Part shown: in pieces, positions 26,616-39,000 of the stretch
Layout of the letters: each line of letters starts with the position of its first letter
How positions within the stretch are numbered: the first letter of the stretch is position 1
NCBI GenBank assembly: GCA_905178155.1
Contig: CAJINV010000010.1
Location: 186,001 to 250,000, forward strand
DNA: 64,000 nt
Direction of reading: 5' to 3'
Source of the DNA: Amoebophrya sp. A120
Lineage: Eukaryota > Protista > Dinoflagellata
The notes under the pieces: model-generated
Seen by the model: only the letters and a program-made list of their open reading frames with translations
Databases searched by the model: none
Told to the model about the DNA's origin: nothing
Made by a program: the position numbers and the translations under genes

Positions 26616-28844
26616 CTATTGCGCCCGACTCACAAATTTCATTTCCTCCGACCCCACCGCTACGTGGTCGCAATACTGACAAATCCCGTCTACAATCCAC
26701 GGCAGCACCTCCCTCTGCCCGTTTTCCGGGTAGCTGATGCAGTTGGTGTTCTTGCACGACAAAATTTCAACAAAGTTCGACGCTGCTCCTTTCTCCGAAT
26801 CTTCCGGGGTGGTTGCCGTAGTCGCCGTGATTTTGCTCGAAGACGTTGAAGAAGCTGCTGGGGGACCGCAAACCTGCAGTTTCTCCCCGTCAAAACCCGT
26901 TTTCAACACTTTCCTCAGCCCCTCCTCCTGGTCAAACCATCCGCCCAGCAACCCGAGCAAAATCGTCCGCACAAAATACCCGTTCCTCGATTGCGCGTCC
27001 CACCCGTTCTATGGATTGCAAAAATGTCTGGGTCTGGAGTCTTGTGATGCAAGAAAGGGAATAGTGAACTCACTATAATGCGCTGTCAAGCATGACAAGT
27101 TTTTTTCATGGTTCTGAGTTGCTAGTCCGCATGAGAAACTACGTTTTCGCATGACAAGGAGGAGGAGCTCTTCGCGGCCATACAACACAGAGTTCAGAGT
27201 CATGCCAGACTAGCATGACAAATCTCGCAATCTCCCAGACCCAGACACTTTTACATTTGATACGTTCAAACTCGTGTTGTCGATGGAAAACGGGATCACC
27301 GGGTGCCGGCTGTCTATGGAAGTGTCAGGATTGAAATCGTCAAAGTTGAAATAACTTGTAATGCATAAAATCGATACTAGTTTGAAGCCCAATTTCCAAG
27401 CCGCGCACGACAAATTTCGGCACCGTCTAAATCCAGTTTGTCATGCTGTTTAGGGACAGGGGGCGTCTTTTGTCATGCTACTTCAGCAGCTCTATCGCAG
27501 ACCCCAAACAGGCTGTCTCTCGGCCTCACTTGCCATCCCTGCAAGAGAGGCACTTCATGTCTTGCAATTTATGCATGGGAAATTGTTTCAACTTTGTCGA
27601 TTTCGATCCTGACACATCCATACTGTCTCGCGGCAACGGGTGGAAGAATTTCATCTCGTTTTTTTCGAACAGTTGCTTGAAGCAGTCGAATTTCAAGTGG
27701 TGATCCGGGTTGAACGTCACCGCTTTCCGCAATTCCTTGCTCTTCTCCTGCACCTGCTGCGACATCCGCTCGAGCTGGAGTCTCGTGAAGTACCAGATCT
27801 TCGCGACCATTTTGGGGGAAGTGAGGTACTCGTCGAGGGACTGGAATTTGTTCACGCTGAAGCCGTTTTCCTTCATTTTCTTCTCGTATTGCTCGGGCAT
27901 GGCAAGTTCCGGCGGGGCGATCAGGTCCACAGTGACGTTTGTGAAGACACGGAGTCCGTCGGCCTGTAGGTGAGCAAGTTCTGTGTAGTTTGTCATGCTG
28001 GTTCGTTGCCCGAGACAGCCGAAGAAAGTTTATCATGCACGATCGCACGTGCTACTTCTTGACATTGCATACACTAGTACCTTCGAGTGCGCTGTTCTCC
28101 CATGGTATAAGTCGCCGATCAGAGCCACGTGGATGCTCTCCGTGTTCCAATCCGCCCGTTCTAGAAAAGTGAATTCGTCTAGCAGCTCCTGCGTTGGGTG
28201 TTCGTGCTTGCCGTCTCCAGCGTTGATGAAAGACGCTCTTGGTATGTCATGGAGGGTGCAGAACCTGATAGTGAGAATGTCTTTTGATCATGCTGTAATT
28301 ACATGGAACTGAGTCGTGATTTGTCATGCAGTTTCAGAACTACGCCATCAAAGCTTTATTCAATCGACCACCAGAACATAGTTATCTTGTACCGTTCCCC
28401 AATCTCGTACTCCAGCCATTTACAAACCCCTTCCAGCTTCGATCTGATGACGAACAACGTCTGTCCCTCGCTGTACCCCACCAGCATTTTCATGCAGTCC
28501 GTTATCGTCTCCCCCTTTGCGAACGAGCTCGTCGAGCAGTCAAAATCGTTAATTTTCAAATTTTCGTGAAACCCCGCGGCGTTGCGGAAGGATTCCTTGG
28601 TTCTTGTGGAATTCTCCATGAAGATCAAATACGCGCACTTCCGGTCGTCCCGGGAGAGTTTTTGTCTCTTTTTCATCCGCAGCTGCTCCTTGGTTTCCTC
28701 CACAGAGGAGGTTGGTAGTTGTGGTTCAGTTCCGTAGTTTTCGTTAGATTTAAAGGTTTGCTTCAGGAGTTTGGCTTTCTCGTACAGGAACTTCTGCTCC
28801 GCGATCGAGAAGTCCGAGATCTTTGAAAGCGTACGACCCTGCAT
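26616..28844 (-). CDS. pyrB: Aspartate carbamoyltransferase, fused PyrBI type, ~465 aa, 5 exons
   Basis: Motifs [75 protein letters not shown]; C-terminal CKNTNC...CQYC. Exons ~28844-28381, 28237-28081, 27963-27623, 27309-27263, 27004-26616. Intron 27964-28080 is GT-AG. Confidence 0.92.
27010..27262. mobile_element. Introner family C (253 bp)
   Basis: TIR core TGTCTGGGTCTGG; DR CGTTC; splits the conserved LNG|W. Confidence 0.92.
27315..27622. mobile_element. Introner family B (308 bp, orientation 1)
   Basis: DR CTGTC; lies just after HPLPRD. Confidence 0.92.
28243..28380. mobile_element. Degenerate TAT...ATA non-canonical intron
   Basis: IR TATGTCATGG/TATGTTCTGG; DR lost; needed to join YKI to ASFINAGDG. 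Confidence 0.7.
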
Positions 28845-29689
28845 CTTGTTGATTTGATTTTGCGATATCAACTATGTGCGCTTATTGCTTGTGCAGGCCA
28901 ATGCAAAAAGCAAAGCCACTGCCGCCAGGGGGGCAGTGTGAGTGTCTTTCCTGGTGGGTCTGCGCAGTAAGTATGACCGCGCGCTTATCGTGTTTAATTG
29001 TATACATTGTCTGCCGACCCGGACGCAAGGCACAACAGGGGAGGAAGAGAAAGTGAAAGCTCAGGAACCCTGAGCCTGACGCAACAGGTTGCTGCGAACT
29101 TCTCTCTCCAGCATCTGTGCTGACGTTGCCTGCTCGCGCGATACTATGACGCAGTATGCCGGCCCGCGCGCGAAAACATATATCGCTAGGAGAAGCGATA
29201 GAGATCATAGCGCGTTGAGTCTGATTCACCGACAAGCCGTTCCAAAATCTGGTCCCCGTCAGACAGCAAAAATTGCCGAGATCGTGACAACTCATCGAGC
29301 AACAGTTCCAAAGCGGGCACTCCATCGCCCCGGAGTGTTGCAAACGCCCACTGCATGCGCGTCGACGCTGCTGGCTCAAGCACAAATATCTGACTGCCAC
29401 GAAAGATTTACAAGGACGACACAGGGAAGCAAGGGCGGCGGAACACGCCACGGACTCTCTCCCTACCTTGCTGAAACGCCGTAGCGCGTCGCTTTGCGAT
29501 CGAACACTCGCCCGAGGCTGCAATGAGTCGCAGGGCAGGCTGGCCACGACAACCAACACCCCCGACAATGCGGGGGACCCACGCGCGCTTTACTTGGCAG
29601 GCTGCGTGGAAATAGGCGGAACACCCCGCCAGTCCGCGCGCCGAACAAAACAAGGGGCCAAACTCACCGCCAATCAGGTGAAGTAGCTT

Positions 29690-30830
29690 GGCGGCCGCTG
29701 AAAGTCGGGCGCCCAACGAACACGCAGAGCCCATACAATGCACCGTCCCAAAAATGGGCCGCCCGGGCGGCCGGGCAACCGCCGCGCGCCTGCATGCTGA
29801 GGCGCCGGCGCCTCCCGGGCAGCGTGCGCGCACGGGCGCCAGACGAAAGGGGCAACAAGCCGGGGACCCGCCCCCCCCGGCGAAGGGAAGGAGAACGAAA
29901 AAAAGGCCGAGAAGCCCCAAGGGCCTCCAGGGCAGGCAGAAAAACACGCGCGCGATCGCTCGGACGGAAAGAGGGCCGGCGGCCGTCCGTGTGCCCTTTC
30001 TTTGTCGTGCGCCCAGTCGATCGATCCAGCTCCAACTCGCAATCTTCCGCCGACTTTCTTGCCGAAGGGGCTCGGCCCGTTTCGCCGGACGTTCGGGATT
30101 TTTCCTCAGCGGGGGCGCAAAACCACGCTGCCCCGGGCGCGCCGGGCCGCTACAGATACGGCGCGCCAAGCAGCGCACCGCGCGCCCGCACGCGCGGCGG
30201 GCGCAATGCGCCGGCGGGCCCGGCCCGCCGAAGGAGCGAGACGCCACAGCGCCGGACGCCCGTCATTGTATGTCGCGCCCCTCGGATCCGCAACAGGCAG
30301 GGGATGCCTGTACGTTCTCCACCGGCTCGGTGTCGCTTTGCCACATTTCGGGGCAGTACGCGTCCGAAGAAAATATCGCCGCCGGTGGTTTCGTGCTGTG
30401 CTCTCGATCTGACTGACCCCGGCCCTTGGCCGACCGCGCGCCTAATGCGTCCGTGCGTGTCCACACCGGTCCCGGCTCACTGTGCCCCTTCGCCGGCTTC
30501 CTGTCTTTGCTGCAACAAAAAAGCGCCATGCTGGCGCGGCGCGCGACCCCCCTGAAACCGGAGCAGGGGCCGGGGGGTGGGGGGTGCCCCGAGCGATTCC
30601 CGGGCCGAAGCTGCAACATGGGCAGAGGGGCGCCGACCGCCAGCCGCCGGCGGCCGAGTTCCAACGCGGCGCCCCATCGAACTACCTGGCACGGCGCCGC
30701 CGAGTTTTACATCGCGCCTGGCTGCCACGAGCTCGGGCGGCCTCCGCGGCTGCCTCTTGGATGACACTAGCGAAGCCAGCCGCCCCATAGAGACTTAAGG
30801 CACAAGAGGCCCGCGCGCGGCCTCTTTCGC
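29690..30830. other. GC-rich intergenic island
   Basis: Composition shift; limits approximate. Confidence 0.7.
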
Positions 30831-31491
30831 AGGCCTCTTTCACACCAGTCGGCAGCTTCCGCGCGCTGCGCTGGTAGACCAATGATAACTACAAAGCCAC
30901 CTCGGCGGCCACTCCCAGGGTGCAAAGCGAACAAAGTAACGCCGGGCGTCTGTCAGCCACGAGACTAGCACCAAGGCGCCGTTGTCTAAAAGCATTGCGC
31001 ACTGCTAGTTTGTTCCTGTATGTTGGTGTACATCTGTTGTGCTTTTGCTTTAGTGTACAAGACGAAGACATTTCTGATACAGGTAGTACAGCATGCTGTT
31101 ACTGTTTCTTCTACTCGTTGTATTTATAATATTTTTACTGTTCTTTCACTTTCCTTGACTTCCTCGTTTGACGAGGGAGTGTCGCTAGATTTTGCAAAGC
31201 ATTTTGAAAAACAAAAAATAAACTAGAGACATTACCACACTTCTCACGACGACTGAGAAGATTGCCCAAATCAATCACGAGTATAATCAGCATGCATTTA
31301 GTTCGGACTAAGCTCGAAACTAGGAATGAGATGCGCTGTATTCTACTTCTCAACTTCCTTGTGGTTTTCTTCAAAAAAATGTAAATATCACGTTTTCTTG
31401 TAATCTCTTCTATATGCACAGTGCCTCTGTCTTTCTTCGCTACTCCACCCCTTTTGCTTTTCCCCACCAAATAGCATCATCCTTCGTTGCT

Positions 31492-33722
31492 CTACCGCGT
31501 CGGCAAGTTAACATCCGCGCTCTTGTCCTCGTTGTTGAACATTAACCTGACTCCCCCCGGTCCCAACTCCACTCCAAACGGCGTATGAAATGCAAAAGCA
31601 TCGTACTAGTAGAAATCGCATTACAAATTTTCCCAGCATTAGAAAAAGAATTTGTAATGCGGATTTGCCTTAATCAAAAGATTTGTAATGCACGACTGCG
31701 ATTACTACGAGTACGATACTTTTGCACAGAATACGGCGGCAATCCCAGCAACTGCCGGACCGTATCCCGGATCGCCACTCCCGCCCCGTTGTACGCACTC
31801 GCCTGCATCTCCATGGACTCGACCACAAACGCGCTCGCCGTTACGCACTGGTCGTTCACGTCGTCAAACTCGCAGTGCGCCCAGAGGTTACAGTACGTGT
31901 CCACAAACTTCGTCCCATCTGGGTTTGCTTCCGGGGCGGAGTTGCAGGAGTCCAGCTTCGGTCGGCACTGGGCGGCTATCAAATGCAAAAATGTCTGGGT
32001 CAGGAAAAGTGTAGACTTGTCATGCAAATTTTCCATGACCCTTGAGGTCTGCAGTGCGGGATTCGGCATGACAGACTCTGTGAAGTCTCTGCCATGCCTA
32101 TCCTGCATGAAAAACTCCCTTCCAACTTGGTCAAAAGTGTACAGCTTTTGGCACTCATGCAACACAGATTTTTGCATGCTTCAGATTTACCATGACGAGT
32201 TGCAATCTTCCAGACCCAGACATTTTTGCAATACATAGCGGTTTCCAGATCAAACTCACACGCGTTCGGCCCGCCCTTGTAGCGGAGCGCCGCGAGGCAG
32301 GACTGCTCGGACCGGTGGAAGAACGCGAGCGTGCCGTTGTGGTGCCGTAACAAATCCCCTTCGCAAAACTGGGAATTATTCGGCATGTCCTCCCGCGGGA
32401 CCCACCCTTCAAACGCCATTTTGTCTGCCTCGTATTGGGGAACCTGCGAAGCGAGGGTAACAGTTTTGCTGTCAACGTTGGGTGAAGTGGAGGATTGAGC
32501 GGCAGTTGTGGTGGTTAGGGATCCTGAAGAAGTCGTTGTTGCTGCTCCCGTACTACTTGTTCCTGGTGCTTGCCTCGCTAATCTTCCCCTCCTCTTCTGC
32601 ATCTTCCTCATTTTGTCATTTTTCAACAGGATCAAGGACTCGTGCACCATGTCCGCGATTTCGTCGTTCCCCTCCACGCCTAATGCTCGGAGTTTCTCGT
32701 TGACAGAAGCCGCGTTATCCTCTTCTTCTATGTCGAAATCCACCTTTGCTTTTCGTTGGAGATTTTTCAAAAACTCGCTCCTCGTCTGCTCCCTCCTCTC
32801 CAACTGGATGAGTTGCTGTTGATGAAGTTCTATCCTATGCAAAAGTATCGCACTCGTAGTAGTCTCAGTCATGCATTACAAGTCGGTATTCCAAGCTAAA
32901 CCAGCACGACAAATTTCGCTTGTCATACTTAATGCGATTTTTACATACTAGTACGATGCTTTTCTTGCAATGCACAAGTTCCTGGGGCAGTGGGAGAAAC
33001 GTTCTCTCCTTGTGTGCCTGCTTCATATCAAATGCAAAAATGTCTGGGTCTGGAAGAATACAAACTTGTGATGCGCTTGCGCATTTCAGCACACAGAAAA
33101 ATAAAAATCTCTGATGCATAGGTAGCAAAAGCTGCCCACTTGCACTTTCTGTCACCAAAGTGGGGGATTTGTCATGCGGATTCGGCATTGCGGAAGCTTT
33201 TCGAAACCTGTGATGCTAGAGCTTCCATGCCAGACCTTCTGTGTAATGCAAAAACAGCATGACTCTTCCAGACCCAGACATTTTTAAGTACATTTGATAC
33301 TTCTCCTTCTGCAGTAAAATCATCCCCTCCGGACCTGTGTGTTTTTGATCCACGGTGTAGTCGAAGGTCGGGTGGAGGTTGAGAAGCTCGGATTCTTCGG
33401 GAAAAGAGACGGCGATGGAGGACTGTTGGGCCGCTTTATTGTGGGAGAAAATATGCCGGAACTTTTTGGTCAGAGAAGTAGGCAACCCCTGCTTGTGAAA
33501 CAGTGGTCCTTCCGAAACCGCTCGGATGACGGCTTTGCCGGAGACGAGGGTGGAGGGGGAGGGGGAAGTGGTCCAGAAGAGGTTTAATACGCCGAGGAAG
33601 AGTGGCATTCCTAGTACTGCTGTGCCACCACAGGTTCCAAGAGGCATATCGCCAGCTGCTGATACTGCTAACGCGCCGGCATGTGGCCTCGGAAGGCGGC
33701 CACGCCGTCCCCGGCGCTTCAT
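31492..33722 (-). CDS. Hypothetical secreted or membrane-anchored protein, ~459 aa, 5 exons (coiled coil, S/T linker, Cys-rich C-terminus)
   Basis: Removing four introners (+5 nt each) gives one ORF: EK|QAH, EL|HQQ, TA|QCR, PP|FGV. Hydrophobic stretch near the N-terminus. Confidence 0.75.
31584..31733. mobile_element. Introner family A (150 bp, reversed relative to 13250)
   Basis: DR CGGCG; the CTAGTA arm is on the left here and on the right at 13250 and 40389. Confidence 0.9.
31977..32237. mobile_element. Introner family C (261 bp)
   Basis: DR GCGGC/GCGGT. Confidence 0.9.
32831..32976. mobile_element. Introner family A (146 bp)
   Basis: DR AGTTC; right end ACA. Confidence 0.85.
33026..33299. 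mobile_element. Introner family C (274 bp)
   Basis: DR CTTCA/CTTCT. Confidence 0.88.
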
Positions 33723-34049
33723 CGTTTGCTTTGCCAAGTCAGCCTACGTCGAATGAAATCGATGGATGAACAAGAAAATGGGAAGTTCAAATCAGCAACT
33801 GACTCAGTTGCTGAGCTCACGCGCCTACTTCGCTTCTCGCGCAAGGACATGCACTCACAAGACGACAGCTTAATTCTCTCGTGCTTATGATCCAGACAAA
33901 CACTAAGCGCGTTGCAACATCGTGTTGCTCTGACATACATCATGGTCCACCACAACAAAGAAAAGGAAGGAACACTAAACGGAGGCCAGGCGTGGGCGCT
34001 TGTAAAAGGATCAAAGGCGCCACTGCAGCATGACGCTCAAGAACTGTTG

Positions 34050-34620
34050 GCGGCGCGCTGCGAAGATCGCCCGGGCAGCCGTTGCGCCGCGGCTACCTCT
34101 GAAAACGTACTGCAAGTCCGCGCGGAGACCAGACCCTGCCTCCCACCCGGCCGCCCTGGGCCTGCAGGGGCGGGGCCCATCGATCCGGGGCGGCCCGGGG
34201 GAAGCGGCGCGGCCGGCGGGCTGCCCTGCGAGGACGGAAGGTGGCCCGCCAACAGGTTTCGAGACTTCGCAGAGGGGGGCAACAATAAGGCACCAGCGCA
34301 AACACCGCCCCCCCCTTGGGGCCCTGGGTTGCTGCTTATCCGCCCGCCGGGGCGCGCCGTCTCGCTTACGCGGGGCGCCTACGCCGGCAGGCGCCACAGA
34401 GGGGCGGAGGGGGCAAACAAAATAAAGGGCGCCGGGCGGCCGCTCTGTCTTCAGCCGGTACATGTGTCCGAATGCTAGGCGGCGCGCGCCGCCTCCGGCA
34501 GGTGTTGGTCGGTAGCGTTATGCAATCTCGAACGTGATCTCCGACGTGGGGCGCCCGACCGGCATCGGCCAGAGCTGGAGCCGGCGGCGCGCAAACTTTC
34601 TCGGCCGGCTGGGGATCATG
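34050..34620. other. GC-rich intergenic island
   Basis: Composition shift; limits approximate. Confidence 0.65.
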
Positions 34621-36031
34621 TCTCAGGGCCCGCCATCCGAAACAAAACCTGGGCCGGTCGTCCCACGGTCGACGCTAGCCCCAACTGTGTTCGACACGCG
34701 GAAACTACAGATAGGCCTGCCTCAAGAGAACGCGGGGGCATGGCTCTCCAACATTTTACTCCTCCACAGAGGGCAAGAGGCTGCCGCATCTTCTTCAAAG
34801 CCAAAGATTAGACAGAGGCTGCCTCTAATGAAGAGTATCTCGGTTGTCATCTCAACAAAACAAGCAATCCCAGAAGATCATCTCGTCACAGAGCAACAAG
34901 TAAGTAACAAGCCACTTGTTGTTCTCGGTCACACCAGGATGAGGATCTCTCGCTTCTCATTCTCTCTAGTGATTAGGTGGGTGATGTTGCTAGGATTTGC
35001 TTCACTCTTGAACTTCAACTTGAATGTGTCCTCTCCTGCTACTTGTATCCAAACACAACAAGAAGAGAGTGGTGCATGCTAGCGATAGCGTCCGCTACAC
35101 CTCCGCAACGTGTGGCAGTTTAGAGCAGCAATAGCTGTAGCTCCGTCTTCCATCCATATTTTTGTTGCTCAGCACGAGCAGCACTCAGTAGTGTACAGTT
35201 CGCTATTTAGCCAATACGTGAGTACAGTTTTTTCTCAGCATGCTTTCTAATCACATTGTTCTGTTCTTTTCGCTCTCACATTCTTGCGAAAAGATATATT
35301 CATTTCAGTTGGTACAATGGACAAAATTGGTCTAGGAGGACCTCTTTCAATTGGGGTTGTTCGTCGTGTTCCTACTTGCGCTTAGATTCATCCACTACTG
35401 AGACCCTCCAGTGGGTAAGCGCAAATTTTACGTCTAGATCCTAGCATACAGTTGCAAGATAGCAAAAGATAATTTTTTCTCGTTGTTAAAGGATAAGAAA
35501 ACAAGAAGCCATTGAACAAGATAAAAGATGTAAAACAGATGTAAAGCAAGTTGTTGTGACACACAGTAACAGTATGGAGAAAGTAACTTTTGGCGGTCCG
35601 GTCCTACATGTGAGTCCATCAGAATGACAGGAAGCTCACAGCTACTAGACCCCGTGTCGCATATATTTTAATTTTAATTCTTCGTGACAGACGTTTAGAT
35701 AAATTCGAATTGTGATAAAGTTGTAAGCAAAGTTAAAGTTAAACCATAAACCAGTTTAAAAGTTTTGTTGAGTGCATAGCTGCACCTGTGCTTGTGCACG
35801 GTGTCTGCGGATGACTCTAAAGTCTGCCAGAAACAGACACGTGTGTTGTCGGCTTTTTTGTCTTTCTCAATTGTCCTGGAGGAGAAATGCTGAGAGCAGT
35901 CCAAGAATCTAATCTCAGGCCGTGTATTAAATGAGTTGTGCGCTGCTCGCCTTTTTGGAGGTGGAAGAAGTTGAATTATTCGCTTGTCGCACTCCATCAG
36001 CACTATTGGTGCCAACTACATCAGTTCATCT

Positions 36032-39000
36032 TCACTTCTTCTTTTTCTTCTTCACGGCGTCCTTCTTCTTCTCGCCGGACGTCGGTTCCGAGGGTTATCC
36101 TCTGCAAAAAACCGCCACAACTACTCCTTGACATGATGTTGAATTTGCAATGCGGTTTTGATCACAAGAACGGCAGCTCTTACATCATCTCTCGCTCAGT
36201 GGAAACACGCAGCTAAGCCTTCAATCATGTACAACCATGCGCAAGCGCATCACAAATTCATGCTTCGTCATGTTAGAGCAGAATCTGTGCGCCGGTTTTT
36301 TACAAGTCCGATAACCCATCATCAGTGGATTTTTTCGAGTCATCTTCCGATTCTTCGCTGCCGGCGGGTCCGGCGAGCACGTTCACTTTTTTTTTCTTCC
36401 CGTCCTTTTCGGGTGCCCGTTTCCGCCCAGTGGGGGTCACAGACCGGTCCTTGGTCTTCGCTTTATCCGCGTTCCCGAGGATATCCACTTTGCCCTTCTT
36501 CCCGGCTTTCTTGACGGCGGCCTTGTCCGCAGTGCTGTCCGGCTGGTTGGAATCATCCGAGGTGTTAGCCGATCCCGGGTATGGATGGAAAAAGCATAAG
36601 CATTGCGCGGGCATATTAGACAGCATGATCATGTCTTCATGAAGATTCATCAACGCGGACGCAGTATGAAAAAAACAATACACATACTAACTGTAGTAGC
36701 TCTATCTCCATGGGTGCGGTATCAAAATTCCAATATTGATTGAGAAGTTTGTCATGCGTGTTGCTGTTGTCCTACACGGTGCTTGTTTTCCCTTCAATAC
36801 CGCTTCGTCCTTCTTCTTCTTGTCCTTTTTCCCCTTGTCCTTCGCCTTGTCGTCTTTCTTTTTCTCTCCTTTCTTCGCCGGCTTTTTCTTCGCCGCACCC
36901 GACTCCGGTTGTGACAGTGCACAACTCCCCCTGCTCCCCAGAATTTGTCATGCAAAATCGCAATCCTTCCAGTCGCTCCCACGTGGCACTGTTTGCATGA
37001 CAAATTTCGGAAGAACCCTAAACAGTTGTACTACAGCAAGTGCATAAAAAAATTGTCATGCGCAGGCTCCAGGGTCGCTGGCGGTTGTATTGCCGCTCAT
37101 GCAATACAAATGAGGGGGAGGGCGGGGAGTTGTGCACTGTCATACCGGTTGTGAATGGGGTTTCCCGTCGCTGTCGTCGTCCTGCACTGTGTAGCGGTCT
37201 CGCGAATCCAACGCGTTCATGACGATCATGGTGTCGCTATCCTGAGTAAAACCGCCCCTACACCAGACGAGTCAAAATGGGAAATCTGCTAGACAAATCG
37301 ACCAGCTTTGGTTGTTTCGCATGACAAGTTCGTCCTCGTAGTGCAGTCCTGTTAGTTCAGCTAGTTCAGCAGCATCGCAGATCTATCATATCATGCTATT
37401 TCTCGCATCACAGATCGATCCCAAAACACGACTAGAGAAATCTTCTCATGGGGTTTCGCACGAGAAACTTTTTTGGCATGCAGATTTGCATGACAACTCT
37501 GGGGTGGGGATGTTTTTCCTCAGAATAGTCGTCGGGTTTCATGCTATCGGAGACCGGGTGGGCCGCGGACGAATCGCGTTTCAACTCCGCAAGGTCCGCT
37601 ATGGGGGAATTCGACTGCACGGAAGACGGCGCGGAGCTGGGTGCGCTGCCGGGAGAACCGGGCTGCTTGTTCGAACCGAGTTTCGAGCCGAGTTTAGATC
37701 CGATTTTGGACTGCGACTGCACTTGTTGTCCTTTGTAGGAGGCCATGGCCTTACTCGTCGGGCTGTACTCGCTTTGCTCGCTGGCTTCGGACCCGTCTGT
37801 GCCAACACCGGACTTGGCGCTCGCCAGGTCTATCCCCGTAACTTCCTTTACGGCCCTACTCGGGATGGGTGTGGAGCTGGGCATGCCCGCGCTATGGATG
37901 GACACTCATCCGTTGCGGTACCATCGCGAGTTCGATCATGATCGGAAAATGGGCTCGTTCAATAGTGCCGGGAGCCGCGCGCAATCACGATGCCACAGCC
38001 ACCGACATCGAGCTAGATCCGTGGGGGCGACACATGGCGCCGAATGGTTTCGCACACCGGGCGAGTAAGTCCGACGCCGCCGGACCGGCCCCACAAGCCC
38101 AGGCAATTTGCAATGCGGGCTGGCTGTTGCGTCTAACTAATCGCACCTGGGTGGGGTGGGCACACGGCCACGCAAGCTAGGCGCAAACCCCAAACGCTGC
38201 GCCCCCAATCTCAAAACTAGCTACCAGAACCAGCGAAGCCACCACCACAGGCACACCCATGGAGACTGCCCATTGCCGCATCGCAGGCAAGGGGCCGACT
38301 ACACCTACGCCGCGCGGTGCTGCTGCAACGCCCACGCCGCTGCGAAGCTGCACGCGTGGCCAACGCAACAGCTCCGGCGCCCTCGGCCCCGTTCGAGCAT
38401 GCTGCCCGTGTGTGGAGAGCGCGGGCAGCCGGCGCAAGGCACAGAAAAAGGCAGGCGGGCGCTGCGCCCCTGTGTGTGGTCTGCCGCTGGCTGGATGCGG
38501 CCGGCCTGGCAAGCCGCTGCGGTGGCAGCCCGATTCATGGCGCGGACTGCTCGTCGCGCGGGCATGGGCCTGCGGGATAAAGGGGGGGCGGCAAAATGGC
38601 TGTAGTCCCGCCCCCTTCCGGCGATGGAGGGCGGGCTCTGCGGCGCTGGCTGAGCGTTGGTCGGCGCTAGGCACGGCCGCCAGGCACGCATGACGAAGAT
38701 CCCCAGCCCCAGGCGCAGACTGCGCGGTGAGTGCAGGCCCGCCATTTTGCGCAGCTGGTCACTGCGCGGCCTCCTGGCAAATATTGCGGCGCGCCACCGC
38801 CAGAGGACCCTCTCCAGAGAAAGCGAGGCAATCGGGTCCGGCGGGTTTTTCCTCGCCACATTTCGCGATCTGATCGGAGAAACAGCTGCTGCGCAGGTGT
38901 TTCTCCGAAGAAACACCTGCACAGCAGCTGTTTCTCCGCTCTGATCGCAAAGTCGGCACTTCGCGAGCCCGAGAAACGGGCCGCGCGAAAACAAAAAATT

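Larger units (their letters stand above)
17505..27189. repeat. Copy 2 of the 9.7-kb duplication
   Basis: Starts mid RNase H (CTTCGACTACACC = 7720). Contains duplicate introners at 19643-19792, 22675-22982 and 23035-23184. Confidence 0.95.

Noticed and set aside
7720-27189. Real segmental duplication of the membrane protein gene, PSMD5 and the ATCase 3' end
   Set aside because: The copies look identical, abut a 100-N gap, both breakpoints fall in repeats (copia, introner C), and the last ~70 bp switch to a different introner variant. This is typical of unmerged overlapping contigs. Read depth or long reads would settle it.
26616-28844. Bacterial contamination or ATCase pseudogene
   Set aside because: It carries a GT-AG intron and genome-typical introners, lies among eukaryotic genes, and catalytic motifs are intact after intron removal.
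29371-29380. TGGCTCAAG as a spliced-leader relic
   Set aside because: Only a 9-nt match, on the strand opposite the genes; expected by chance.
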